Of a stretch of DNA of 64,000 bases, positions 25,386-38,636 are shown in pieces. This stretch comes from Octopus bimaculoides. Taxonomy: Eukaryota. The DNA lies in assembly GCF_001194135.2 (NCBI RefSeq), contig NC_068982.1, positions 66,651,073 to 66,715,072 on the forward strand, written 5' to 3'. The number at the start of each line of letters is the position of its first letter. Position 1 is the first letter of the stretch. A program made the translations under genes and the position numbers. Under the pieces are notes generated by a model, which saw nothing but the letters and a program-made list of their open reading frames with translations, searched no databases and was not told the DNA's origin.

Positions 25386-26479
25386 AGCTATGCTATATTC
25401 TGCAATATCCTATTTATTTCTAAAGCAATTATATTGTTTTCATTGAAGTGTCATGAATTTTCTAGAAATATAATTTAATAATTTGTAAATAAGACCGAGT
25501 AATTTGGTTCATGGAAAACCTGTATATGTACCCGCCTATACCTGTATATTGTATTTTGTTGATCACGCCGGATGCACGAACCTTCTTAACATGGCGACTA
25601 AAGGCTTGCGTAAAAATGTTTTAACTTTTAATTCACCTTTCTGAAATGCAGCTGCTCTAGTCAATTATTTTGAATGACTTTTTCAGTATAACTTCTTGAA
25701 CTTTTTAATGTCATCTACGAGTTTCTAAACAGCGTGTGAATAATTTAAATCAAGAAGTTTCTCTCTGCCGAGTGGTAATAATTCTTCTTAGTAGTTTGTA
25801 AATATTTCTAAGTTAAGTTTAAATGAACGACTGCATTCCGTGTATTTCTTACTAGTTTATGAACAATTTACAGAATTTCATAGCACTATAAATCTGTCTT
25901 ATGTTTATTTTTATCGTTGCTGCTGACGTTCAGCTCCCAAATGGCTCCTGGTCAGTGGGGCCTGTGATCAAAGATGTTTTCGCCACACCCTCTTGACCTT
26001 TTTTAAGGGTATATGAAGATACATTATCCAGTAGGGCCCCTTTCCCAACACGGTACAGGATATGATAGTTTTGTGCAAATGACTGCTATTTCTAGCAAGT
26101 CCAGCAACCAGGTTAACACAACCTCGACGGGGCGTTATTTGTTTAGTTTTTATCTCAGATTGAACAAGGCCGTCTCTCGCTCTTTTTAAAAGGCCTAGTT
26201 CACATTGATTTATTTGAAAATACAAAGCACAATCATAAAAATAGCGTGGTCGAATAAAATGTAACAGAAGGTGATAAGATCTGCGAAACATAAAATCAAC
26301 ACTTGAAACGCTTGAGTAGTTTCTCAGACTGTGGGATACTGCGTATCTATATATAGTTGACGCGCGGAAGTTTTAGAAACTACTTGTTACTTTTCGGACA
26401 CAAGAGATTAGTTGGGTCAATGCATTCATTTATTTATGTTGTATTTTTTATTCCAATTATGATTGTTATTAGAGAGAAG

Positions 26480-26870
26480 GATTGGTAGTATGGTTAGAGC
26501 ATCGGTCTTGCAGTAATTCTTCTGCTTCTCTACGTTCTCAGTTCAAATCTCACCGAGGTCGTTTTGGCCTTTCATTCATGCGAGGGCCTAGTACTGGGGT
26601 CGATATAATCAGCGCCCCCATCCTTCATCTTAGAACTATTGTCTTTATGTCAAATGAGAAACGAATATTATCGGGCGGCGGATTGGCAGAATCGTTAGAA
26701 CACCGGACAAAATGCCGTGCGATATTTTTTTCCGATTCTTTATGTACTGAGTTCAAATCCTGCCGAGGTCACTAATTACCTTTCGTCTTTTCGTGGTCGA
26801 TAACATAAAGTACTAAGCGAGTGCGGGTTTGGGGGACAACGTTATCGAATAACTTCTCCCTTCAAAATTG
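26480..26870 (+). mobile_element. Two degenerate SINE family C copies
   Basis: GAGTTCAAATCCTGCCGAGGTC and CTTTCATTCATG..AGTACTGGGGTCGATATAATC motifs. Confidence 0.65.
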
Positions 26871-28909
26871 TCAGCTTTGTCTCCTAAGAAATATTTTGAG
26901 GTCTAACGCGGGAGTCGAAGGACAGCGCTGTTTTTCGGACGCAAATACTCAATCGTTTTATTGTATCATGTGGATGGATCATCATTTGTGTTTACATTCA
27001 TACGCGATAGATATGTCATTGTTGAACCTTTTGGTTAGCGATGACTGAGCAGAGCTAGAATCCAAAGCGTTCCAGTCATGCATTTCTCCACTTCCATTTC
27101 AGATACGAGGGGTTGATGGAAAGTTCCTGGCTAAAGAAAATACAGGAGGATCAGTTAATTATGATTGTATTGAATATATTCCCCTCTCAGATTCACATAC
27201 TTATTGTAGCAGTCTTTCAGTTTTTCTAAACCCCATAAAAGAACTAGAAAGGTTGAGACTCCAGCCAGGTCTTTCGCGACACCCTTAATGCCAGGAACTT
27301 TTCAACACCCACTCGAATAGTGCACTCTTATCCTAGCTGTTCTTTTCTTTTCTTAAGACTGCAAGGTGTGTGTTGATGGAAATTTGGCTGCAATTTCTAG
27401 CAGACAGACTATATTTACTGGCTCTTCATCGAATTAATTTTCCTTGTTTCACACTCATACTTGGGAACGGTCATCATTTGCTACTTAAACACACGCACTA
27501 TTTGTGCGTGTATCTAATTGACAAAAGAAATAATCAAGTATATAACAATGTTTCAACACACGCTTTCACATCAAGAATCTTGCAAAACAAATGTGTCTAT
27601 ATGTACATGTAGATGAACGTATATACATACATGTACATATATGCATATACTCATATATTGTTTATGGTCAAAATTGACGTGAGTTATTTAGACATTAACA
27701 AATTTATTAGAATATTTAGCTGAAGATCAGAATAGAGTATTATGTACTCTTAACTGTGAAACAATTGTACTAAATTAACTAAAAGGCAAGTGTTTTTTAC
27801 TCTTCTCTATTGTTTTTTGTTCTGTGTGTATCAAAAATATCGCTATCAATCTGGAGCAATAATTTGTAGTTTTGAAATCAGTAGTTCTTTGACTGCTATT
27901 TCTGAATTCTCAGTATGTTGGAGAAGCAGGTTACTGTCAATCCCTATATATTTATGATTNNNNNNNNNNNNNNNNNNNNNNNNNNNNNNNNNNNNNNNNN
28001 NNNNNNNNNNNNNNNNNNNNNNNNNNNNNNNNNNNNNNNNNNNNNNNNNNNNNNNNNNNNNNNNNNNNNNNNNNNNNNNNNNNNNNNNNNNNNNNNNNNN
28101 NNNNNNATATATATATATATATATATAATGATGCAACGACTATAAAGTTTAACGTGTACCGCGGAATCCTTTGTGTTCTGTTTTTATTTTTATTTTTACG
28201 TTTTTAATTTATATATATATGTATATATATAAAATCTGCGTTCTTGAAGAATAGTCAGAACTTATCCAGTACGCCAAAAATCATAATTTCGTCAGATATG
28301 TCATAAGCATCGTAGATTACAAACACGTCCCAAAAACTGCTGTTTTTTTTTTTATGCACTGGATACTTTCTGACTCTATTCTTCAGAATCGCCTCGGTTT
28401 AACTGAGTTGAGAAAACAAATTGAAGTTAAGCATTTAAATCAGGCCCTTACGTTGAATGCAGCCTAATCTGATTCCTGACACCTACTTTACAATGTCATT
28501 CTAGAAATATCATTGAAACCTCGGAGCTACAAGACAACGCATGATTAATCCAAAATATGTGGAAAAAAAAAGCTTTATATTTGACAGAGTATGCTGAATG
28601 CTAAAGGTCTAAATAGAAATATTTATTGGTTGTGAGCTGCCAAGGGATGGTCTGAACACTGGATTTACATACGTTATCATATCAATCTGTTCGGCCTGTG
28701 TTCAAATCGCACAGTAATAAACTTCGCGTTTTCACTATTTTCACTATTTGAGAAGGAGACGGTCGGTATATACATTGTAGTACCAGTAATATACTGATGG
28801 TTTCAGTAAACTGTAAACGTTAGTTTTATGTCGACATAAAAGGCGCGTTATGTGTTTCAGGTGTAAAAATATCAACAATTAGGAAGAAAGAAAAAGAAAT
28901 CATTATTTA

Positions 28910-29760
28910 GGTCGGTCGATTAACAGGATTGTTAGAGCGTCAGATTTGCAGTATTTAGATAACGGTTCTCAAAGTTGTAATTTCAAATCCCGCCGAGATC
29001 AACTTTACCTTCCGTCCTTTTGGAGTCAATAAAATAAAGTACCAGTAAAATACTGAGTTCGATATAGTTGGTTCATAACTTCCGTCTCCAAATTTTAAGT
29101 GTTATACATGTTAGAAATGATTATTTTCACTCGGTTGCGACGTGTGTGTACAGAATTAGATCGCCAGACTTAATATCTTGTATTTAGTTCCATCTCTTTA
29201 TACTGTAAGTTCGAATCTCATCCAGGTCGACTTTGCTTTTCACGCTTTTAAGACCAATAAAATAGAGTAATGCCAGTCAAATACTGTTCCGATTAGATCA
29301 ACTAAATACCTGCCAACTCGAAAAGTGTGACCTTAATGTCAGAAATCAGTTCTGGTAATTTACATACTGAGTTCAAATCTTATCGCGATCAATTTTGTTT
29401 TTTATACTTCTTGGGTCGGTACAGTACCACTCAAGCATTGGGTCCGAAATAGACTGTCTTCCTCTTCAAAAACTTCAGGCCGAGTTCAAGTCCTGCCGGC
29501 CTCAACTTTGTCTTTCGTCATATTCGCCTGTCCCTTCTCTCCACACGCGCAGAAGCTTTAAGTCTTGTGCCTAATTAGAAACAGTCGAGGGTGGTAGATT
29601 GGCAGAATCGTTAGACAAAATGTTTTGCTGTACAATTCTCACTCTTTACATTCTAAGTTGAAATCCTGTCGAAGTCAACTTTACTTTTCATCATTCGTGC
29701 CTATAAAATACTAGGGTCGGATATAATTGAGTGTCTCCTACCTTAAAATTTCTGGTTTTT
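28910..29760 (+). mobile_element. Run of about five degenerate SINE family C copies
   Basis: Repeated ..TCAAATCC..CCGAG.TCAACTTT.C.TT.C motif. Confidence 0.65.
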
Positions 29761-29783
29761 TGCGCCCATATTACAAACAGTTA

Positions 29784-30418
29784 AGATCTATTTTAAAACG
29801 GGGGCGCCAGTATTTTCTTAACGAAACACTTTGAAACTTGGGACACTGGTAGAATGTGTCATATAAAACATCTTTTACTCTTAGTCTTCTTAACAAAAAA
29901 AAAAAAAAGNNNNNNNNNNTCCATGTTAAAGTTGTATTTCTGTAATTTCAACCAATCACTGACGTCTATTCAGCTGAATAAGAGTTACTGCTGGGCGATC
30001 ATAAAAATGTTATTCCCAGTGACATATTTCATCCGGTTTAATCGTAATTTATACGCATATATTGTTTATATAATAAATTACGCTGTGCGTACCTATGTGT
30101 GTAACAATTTTAGAGTTCGGATTCTCGAGTTAGGGTTAGTTTTAAGGTTAGGGTTACGGTTACGGTTAACAGTCTAGTTAGGGTTAGTGTTAGGGGATTA
30201 ATACGATATACACCGTTACAGCGCTAACTGTTTTCAACTGAATTAGTGATTAGTAGAAATTATCGAAATAAGACAATTTTTTACATGAAATAAATTCGAA
30301 TACAAAAATATTTTTCTGTTCTATAACACAAAATAGATAAGTATACGAAGTTTGAAAGTCTACATAACACTACATAAAACATAAATGAAAACTGGCGCCC
30401 CCGTTTTAAAATAGATCT
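29784..30418. mobile_element. Merlin-like non-autonomous DNA transposon, copy 1 (telomere-like core)
   Basis: TIR AGATCTATTTTAAAACGGGGGCGCCAGT at both ends, arms shared with copies 2-4, and TTAGGG-like run at 30130-30196. No clear TSD. Confidence 0.85.
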
Positions 30419-31073
30419 GTTTATCACATGCCCCAGCTAGAGCTATATTGTCTGTTGCTAATATACAAGATTGAAGAATTATAGAAGTTTTTGTTTTGCT
30501 TCAGAACTATTTTGATCGTTTCATCCATTACCATCCCGTCTTATTTGCATGACTATATTATTGAATGTGTCCTTTTTTTTAATCTTATTTAAAACAATGT
30601 TGTGATTTGCGGGAGATTTGGCTGCTATTTCTAGCAGGTCAAATGCCGACTTAGCCTCGTTCTTTTAAATATCGTTTGTATGTCAATGTGTAGCTTTCTA
30701 TTTCCTCAACCAGATTTGTCAATAACACACACACACACACACAGAATGTGTGTGTGTGTGTTCAGTCGATACTATTTTCATTGAGTTAACAATAATTAAT
30801 TTATATTAATCGATATTTGTATATCTTCGATGTAGATGTTTCTTACTCTTGACACAGATCTCAGACCTTGTGTGTGCATGTATATAGCCGACTCACCTGT
30901 AGTATTACATGAATATAAGGGCACACCACTACTAAACTTTATAAAGCCATGAGCAGAAAAAGAAGACATTAGCGGGTCAAGTTTTTACAAATGTATTTCA
31001 TTTGTTTGTCATTTGACTGCTGTCACGCTGAAGCATCGTAGGGTTATATATATATATATATATATAGATATAG

Positions 31074-31122
<49 letters not shown>

Positions 31123-32679
31123 ATGCGAGAGAAATGACTTATATTTCCTATTTTAAAATATATCATTGACTCCTAATTTTCTGACATTCATAAGTGACGG
31201 GCGTTAAAAATACAACCGAAGGATTAAATGTTTTTTTTCTTCTTTAAACGATCATACATTTTACAGATGTAAAAAGTNNNNNNNNNNNNNNNNNNNNNNN
31301 NNNNNNNNNNNNNNNNNNNNNNNNNNNNNNNNNNNNNNNNNNNNNNNNNNNNNNNNNNNNNNNNNNNNNNNNNNNNNNNNNNNNNNNNNNNNNNNNNNNN
31401 NNNNNNNNNNNNNNNNNNNNNNNNNNNNNNNNNNNNNNNNNNNNNNNNNNNNNNNNNNNNNNNNNNNNNNNNNNNNNNNNNNNNNNNNNNNNNNNNNNNN
31501 NNNNNNNNNNNNNNNNNNNNNNNNNNNNNNNNNNNNNNNNNNNNNNNNNNNNNNNNNNNNNNNNNNNNNNNNNNNNNNNNNNNNNNNNNNNNNNNNNNNN
31601 NNNNNNNNNNNNNNNNNNNNNNNNNNNNNNNNNNNNNNNNNNNNNNNNNNNNNNNNNNNNNNNNNNNNNNNNNNNNNNNNNNNNNNNNNNNNNNNNNNNN
31701 NNNNNNNNNNNNNNNNNNNNNNNNNNNNNNNNNTTTTTTTTTTTTTTTTGCTTTAAATATCGATTTATGATAATGAACTAGTTAAATACGTTGTCCTGAC
31801 ATTGTCTCTTAAAAGTTTATATAAATTTTCCAGTCTTAACAACACAACCATTCAACAGGCGAACACACCTACATAATATGTAACAGGCTGAATAGTTGTT
31901 TGTGTGTGTCTATATGTATATATATATATATATATTTATTTATGTGTGTGTAATAGCAGTTTGACTTAGTTTCGAGGACGCGTTCAACCCACCCACATTA
32001 TCAGATATGAGAAGTCATATATACACATACGCACATACACCTCTCTCTCTCTCTCAAGTTTTGTAGTACACTCAGTCAATGTTTGTACAATAATGCAATA
32101 TTTTTGTAGTAATACCATTTGGTTTACTCAGATGCTAAATATCTAATTTCAAACTAAAGGTAGATATCATAACCGAATTCTAGTTAATAGCATAAATTTG
32201 GAACAACCACAACAGCAAAACTATCTATAAACCCAGTGGATTACAGCTGACTGCAACGATTGATTTACACCATCTGGTAATAAATAAAAGTTCATGTAAT
32301 TGTTAAGACGTTATAATTGACACACATTGCTTAATGACGATTAAAACTGCATCGCCGAACACTTGACTGGCCTATAAGGTATAATAAGCCAGCGAGGTAA
32401 TGTCAGGTGACTGTTCGACCTGCTGGAAATAGCAGCCAAGTCACCCTCAGATTGTATTCTTTCAACTTAAAAAAAAATATCAATGGATACATTGCAAAGT
32501 GTCGTTCAAGGAACACAGTTTCCTGACAAAAAAACAAAAAAGCTGGAATGATCATGGCTGAATTAATTTGAATAAAGATACGCCTACTTGATTAGGGCTG
32601 CCTTAGGGTTATCAAATTACTATCACTGACCCACTGTCAGTTTGGCTTGTGTATTATCTTGTCCCATATTACTCCTTTA

Positions 32680-33335
32680 GGATCTAGTTCAAAACGGGGG
32701 CACCAGTTTTCATTTATGTTTTATGTAGTGTTTTTGGTACCGAAAGACTTTCAAACTTCGTATACTTATCTATTTTGTGTTATAGAACAGAAAAAAAATT
32801 TTGTATTCGAAGTTATTTCATGTAAAAAATTGTCTTATTTCGATAATTTCAACCAATCACTGACAAGTATTCAGCTGTTTACAGTTACTCCTTTGGCAGT
32901 TTAAGCGGTGTAAAGCGTATTTAATCTCCATTACTTCTGACATTTTGCAGAGAGGCAACACACGTGTGTTCGTTTTCCTTCGTTTTATTTTTAATATAAT
33001 TTCGTTAACATCTGCCTGAACTTTATGTGTACATTTGCCCTAACCCTTACCCTTCCCTAAAAAACCAGGCCTTGTGCCTATAATAGAAAGGTTTATTAGC
33101 TACTGCCAATATGCTTCAGCCATTTTTGACAAGGAAATAATAATTTTATCACCGTCAGTCATTGGTTGAAATTACAGAAATACGACAACTTTAACATGAA
33201 ATAAGTTGCAATATAATAATTTTTCGTAAGAAGACTAAGAGAAAAAGATGTTTTATATGACACATTCTACCAGTGTCCCAAGTTTCAAAGTGTTTCGTTA
33301 AGAAAATACTGGCGCCCCCGTTTTGAACTCGATCC
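32680..33335. mobile_element. Merlin-like non-autonomous DNA transposon, copy 2
   Basis: 28-bp TIR GGATC(T/G)AGTTCAAAACGGGGGC(A/G)CCAGT, 8-bp TSD CTCCTTTA (32672-32679, 33336-33343), and CCCTAA-like run at 33038-33060. Confidence 0.92.
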
Positions 33336-33901
33336 CTCCTTTAAATGTACTGCCCCAGAGCCAACTGTGTGCTGTGAATTAAATGTGAATATTTTCATCA
33401 CTGCCATTAGTTACACATGGATGTCTCTTTTAATACTCCTCTAGTTTGACAAAAAAGTTATTTATTGGACTTGCGAAAGCAAGGACATTAAAGAATGTTA
33501 TGTTTGTTGTTTCTTACTTTGAAGTAATATTGTTGTTTAGTGTCAGGTTAGCCTTGAACAAGTAGATTTATGACCAGAGGTATTTTAACCGTAACCTCTC
33601 TCTTTTAGATATAGGTTATATAAGATTTTATTAATAGGTCCCTAATTGTAGTATGCGATTTAGTTAGTTCTAGCAGGTCGTGTGACTGCAGAAAGGTTCC
33701 GTCGTTGGCTAGTTTTGACTTCATATTTGTTTATAGCTTTTACTTAGAAAGATAAATAGTTATAATGAAATATACTAAGTCATTTTAATCAAAATTATAG
33801 ACGTTATGTTAAACTGGTTTAATACCCTTTTTCAAAAGAGCATTCATTGTAATTTAAAAAGATATTAGAATGAACGTAAACATCACCCAATAATAATAGT
33901 A

Positions 33902-34380
33902 ACTAGCGGAACCCGTGAATATTTCACGGAATAAATGGTAAACTTATTAGGTTATATCTGAAAACTTGATCCAAAAAACCTAAAAGCGTAGCTTGTGTTA
34001 TCTGTATCAAAAGATAGTCGCTCATCTGCTAATCATTGGAATATGATGATTACTTAATGCACTTTATACGTTTTATATACTTTATGCTCAATTTTATAAA
34101 CAGCACTCTTACTCTTCGCCTTACTCTCTTTTTCTCACTCCCTTTTCTTTCGCTCTTCGCCTTCCTCTCCAACTAATCACGTGAAATCGTTACAGACGGG
34201 GTAAATTTTAAAAAATTACACATTTCACTCACCTCCACCTCTCCCCATATCTCATCCCCTCCCTATCTCTCCCCTTCAACTAATCATGTGGAAGCGTTAC
34301 GGACAGGCTAAGTAACAGAAACAAGCAGTTATAAAATTGACAGCCCCCAGTCACATCTACAAATTGTGCGCGTCTTACAT
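33902..34380 (+). mobile_element. Helitron/Helentron-like non-autonomous element
   Basis: Begins ACTAGCGGAACCCG with the hairpin CCGTGAA-TAT-TTCACGG (33913-33929). Internal direct repeat CAACTAATCA.GTG.AA.CGTTAC.GAC.GG. The right end is uncertain. Confidence 0.4.
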
Positions 34381-34463
34381 TGCTTCTCGCGCGCGCACAC
34401 ACACACACACACACACGAGATCTTGATAACAGAATTTCTGTTCTTTAATGCTTTAGTATAAAA

Positions 34464-34560
34464 CAGTGGTTCTCAACCATTTTTTATCTATGGTCCCCTT
34501 TGATTTCAATTTTATTCTTGTGGACCCCCATCGCCATTCAATGTTTAAAAACTAATTTTA
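34464..34560. mobile_element. hAT MITE left end
   Basis: CAGTGGTTCTCAACC terminus. The other end was not found. Confidence 0.5.
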
Positions 34561-35561
34561 AATCCACGAAGGAAAAAAAAAAAGCAGCACGAATCTTTAA
34601 GAATTTTCTTCCTTTTTTCTTAAGGAAACACCAAAATCTCCTTCTTAAACATCCACCCATCATCTCACCACTCCCAAAAGCTACAAACTCCCAATATTTC
34701 TTTTATATCCTGCAACAGGTTGGTATAGATAAATTATGCAGAAGTTAATCAATATGTTCACACGACGTACTTCGCAAGACTACCAAAACGCTCTCTCCTC
34801 TACTACCGAGCACTACTCTTTATAAGAGTTCGGCTAATCCATTCGCCAATCCGCCAGGAGTGTCAATGGCTCTCTCCACAACAATTTCACTTTTAGCTTT
34901 CTGGAAAGCGAGGATGTTTCTTGAGAAATAATGTTTACCTGTTTTTAGCATGTCTGGTTTTCTGGTGGTGGTCTGGTATTTTTTACGTCTTTTATTTCAG
35001 TACAATTCTACGCATGCATGAAACACCAGATGAAAGTGAAGCATTGGGAGATTTTAGCTTTTTGAAAGCGGGTTGGTAATGGGTGGGCGAAGTAGGGGAA
35101 GGGGCATCGTTTCTTTAAGAAAAATTAAACTTTAAAAAATACATTTCTCAGATTCGTAATCTCTGTATTTTTCTACGTGGATGAGGAAAGAAAAATTCGA
35201 AAAAGTGTTACAAATTAAGAAGTTGCGGTGGGGACGGAGTGAAATTAAAATTTGGAAACGTGATTTCTGGGTAAAATCGTATTAACCCCCTTTTATACGA
35301 TGAAACAATTCATAGTTTGTGATCTTAATAATAATGCACTTTCATGCAAGCCCATGCAAATTGTACCTCCCCCACCTTCACTTTTAAACCAACAAAAACT
35401 TCCATTACGCCTGTAATCCAGTTCACTATGTATCAGCTGTACCGATTCTGTCCATAAAGAAACAAATAATACAATGAGGCTGTAGGTCATAACACCCGGA
35501 CAACGCCAGGACGCACTGCTGTGTGTGTGTGTGCGCGCGCACACACACACACACACACACC

Positions 35562-36112
35562 TCTACTCGTGTTTTCTTCTCGGGATACCGGCCGGCTGCG
35601 AAATTTTTTCCCACGAGAGTTCCAGACCCCAGTATTGACCTCATTTGCATGCAATCAATTAGAGTTCACCTTGACCTTGTCAAGTTAGCAAACACATTCT
35701 ACCAAGTAAACTCAAGACGAAGAACGGTATTGCAAATCGACCGGTCGCCAAGTAATGCTTGATTAGATAGATTTGCATCTATACCTATTATCGGATTTTG
35801 TTAAGACCCCATATGGTAGAGGGTGATGTGCTAGCAACCCAATCCCCTTACTGTTTTACGAAGTAAACAATAACAAAAATAACTACACAGAGGCAGCCAT
35901 GGTTGAAACAAAAGCAACAAGCATTATTTAGAGAAAAGAAACATGGTCATTCCTTAATCAAGTAACGTTATCGCACATCACTTGTTATGCGCTCATAAAT
36001 TAGTTTCATAGTTGAGCTCTGATTGCTGTATGCAAATGACTTCATAACTGGGGTCCGGAACTCTCCTGGGAAAAAAGTTTTCGCCGGCCAGCCTGGAAGA
36101 GACATACGTAGA
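35562..36112. mobile_element. Old foldback/MITE with ~110-bp imperfect terminal inverted repeats
   Basis: 35562-35675 matches the reverse complement of 36005-36112 (..TTTTTTCCCA.GAGAGTTCC.GACCCCAGT...TCATTTGCAT..). Confidence 0.7.
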
Positions 36113-36119
36113 AATACTT

Positions 36120-36525
36120 TTCTTATTTCTGTATTGTCCACAAGGAGCTAAACATAGAGGGGACAAACAAGCATAGACAAAGGGATTAAGTCCATTACAT
36201 CGACCCCAGTGCATAAATGGTACTTAATTTATTGACCCCGAAAGGATGACAGGCAAAGTCGAGATCGGCGGAATTTGAACTCAGAACGTGAACACAGATG
36301 AAATACCTATTTCTTTACTGCCCACAAGGGGCTACACACAGAGGGGACAGACAAACGGATTAAGTCGATTATATCGACCCCAGTACGTAACTGGTACTTA
36401 ATTTATCGACCCCGAAAGGATGAAAGGCAAAGTCGACCGCGGCGGAATTCGAACTCAGAACGTGAACACAGATGAAATACCGCTAAGCATTTCGCCCGGC
36501 GTGCTAACATTTCTGCCAGCTCTGG
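36120..36525 (-). mobile_element. SINE family C head-to-tail dimer (least diverged copies in the window)
   Basis: Two ~190-215 bp units, each with GACCCCGAAAGGATGA.AGGCAAAGTCGA. The tRNA-like head is present only in the right unit. Confidence 0.9.
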
Positions 36526-36584
36526 CGGTAAATTATAGAAAAATCAGTTGAGTCCAACAACCCCAAACCATATAGTTTTCCTTA

Positions 36585-37250
36585 ACTTTACCAAGGCTTT
36601 TGAAAGCACGCACCTTTCATCGCTTTGGAGTTTCCTAGATTGCAGCCCCATCTAGAAGGATTATTTATCCTCCTTAATTCTGTACTTGAAGGTTTATAAT
36701 TTATGAAGACCTATGTTGGCACCGGTAGATTTGTGGGTACAATTAAAGGCATTAAACAAAGGTGACATTTTGTCTGTTCTTTTTTTTTTTTTATTTAGTA
36801 TTAGCTAAAGAAAATAGTAGTGGGATCTCTGTAGAGGTTAAATGATCTTTAAACCTATGTAAATGACATTGCTGCAACTAACAATGACATTACTAGCGTT
36901 CAGTATTTCACTAGTTACTTAGCTGCAAATGTAAAAGTAGGTCTCCAAATTAATCTTGATAAGACTAAATGCATGACTACAGATAAGAGAGAGCAAAGCC
37001 TTGGAATAACAATCTAGGGCAGACCTTTAAAGCAAGCAGTAGAAATTTTCTATCTAGGGCATAAGCCGTTAATTTCAAACAAAAAGATTGTCAGCCACAG
37101 AATTGCGCTGGCATGGTCAGCTTTTTTCTGAAAGGAAGAATACCTTTACAACTGAAATCGAATACCAGTTAAAGATAAAATATGTAACATTTGCATTGTC
37201 CTTGGAGTTATAAATGGACTAGATTGGTTCACGTGATCTGAAAAAAAAAA
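36585..37250 (+). mobile_element. Highly decayed LINE reverse-transcriptase fragment (RTE-like)
   Basis: Remnant motifs FLNFTKAFES, GIKQGD, YVNDIA (YADD-like), KVGLQINLDKTKCM, FYLG and RIALAWSAF, with frameshifts. Confidence 0.75.
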
Positions 37251-37504
37251 AATTGAAATATTTAAGAAATCATATCATAAGACAAACTAACAGTTAAAAT
37301 ATTAAATCTGCAAGAAATGACACTTTCGTTTGTAAAGTTAAAAGCATATCTTTAAAACCGTCTGGCTACACCAAACTTTGAAATTGTGATCTTTCTAAGA
37401 TACTTTGAAAAAAAATCCGAGGACTTTGCAATGGTAGCCGGAAAGATCATATCCTAAAATAGTCTCAATATTCATGGATAGAACTCAATGTAATGGCAAC
37501 GAAC

Positions 37505-37830
37505 AGAGACGTGACTGTGTGGTAAGCCCCACTGCGTAGCACCTTTGGCAAGAGTATTCTACTTTATTCTCGGGTTGACCAAAGTCTTGTGAATGGATTT
37601 GGTAGACGAAACTGGAAGAAGCATATCGTGTGTGTGTCTCTTTATCACTGCATCACTGCTTGACAACCGGGTTTGGTGGGTTTACGTCTCTGTAACTTAG
37701 CGGTTCGGCATAAAGGGCCCGATAGAATAAGTACTAGGCTTAAAAAAAAAAGTCTTCTGGTCGATTAAAACCCCTGAAGGCGGTGCTCCAGCAAAGGTAC
37801 AACCAAATGACTGAAACAAGTAAAGGAATA
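37505..37830 (+). mobile_element. SINE family B copy
   Basis: CCCACTGCGTAGCACCTTTGGCAAG...GTAACTTAGCGGTTCGGCA...GGCGGTGCTCCAGCA. Confidence 0.85.
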
Positions 37831-38636
37831 AAAAAAAAACATTCTGTACTCTACTGCTAGAGGAAATATCGATTGATGATGAGTCTAATTTTTAAGAAAG
37901 CCTCGGATGAAATTCAGTCAGGTATTTCTATAGGTGAATAAAATTCAAAGGTAACATGAAAACTACTGGAATACTCCGTGTGCCCGGTCAAGCATTATTG
38001 AAGTTGTCAATAATTCTGTACTTAGACATCAGTTTCCAATAGCTTTTTCGATGGTAGAAGAGCATTTCAAAGTTAGTTTATTGCTTTCAATTTTTTTAAA
38101 AATACTCAATAAGATTTTATTCCATATACCTACGTTCAACATTGGACTAAAATTCATAAAGGATTGTGATTCTTAAAAGAATATGGCAAAACTCCAGTCA
38201 AATAATTATGTCTTCATATTTTAGCACCAATTATGATAGAACTGATAATAAATGAGTCAAGTACGAACGTACGTTTTGTGTTGTATGTACTACAGTGTTG
38301 ATAAATATTATTGGAGTTTTGGCAGTTAGTGATTGGGTACAGCTGTGAAATACCCAATATCTGCCCGTCTTTGATTGTGGGGGTTTCTTTTTTTGTATAT
38401 CTTTGAAAATTCTATGCTATCGAATGAACACCTTGGTCATTGTCTCTAAAAAAAAATTAGTAATTTTAAGAGAAATTTTTCAAGTTATGTACAGACAATC
38501 TGTTTTAAAATTTAATGAATGTAGATACTGTACAATACAGTAGCAAAGTTGTTAGGGCAAAAGTGTGTGGTGGGGGAGTAGTTCTTTTTCATAAAGATAA
38601 ATTACGCCTCTCCAGATTTGGAAGAAGGTTATAGTC

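Noticed and set aside
28673-28810. Minus-strand 138-nt exon-like segment with a good branch point/acceptor and a GTATGT donor
   Set aside because: Stop codons in all three frames. It could only be a non-coding exon, and there is no supporting evidence.
30897-30969. Minus-strand ATG followed by 24 codons and a perfect CAG|GTGAGT donor
   Set aside because: Short, no recognisable peptide and no partner exon found. RNA-seq would be needed.
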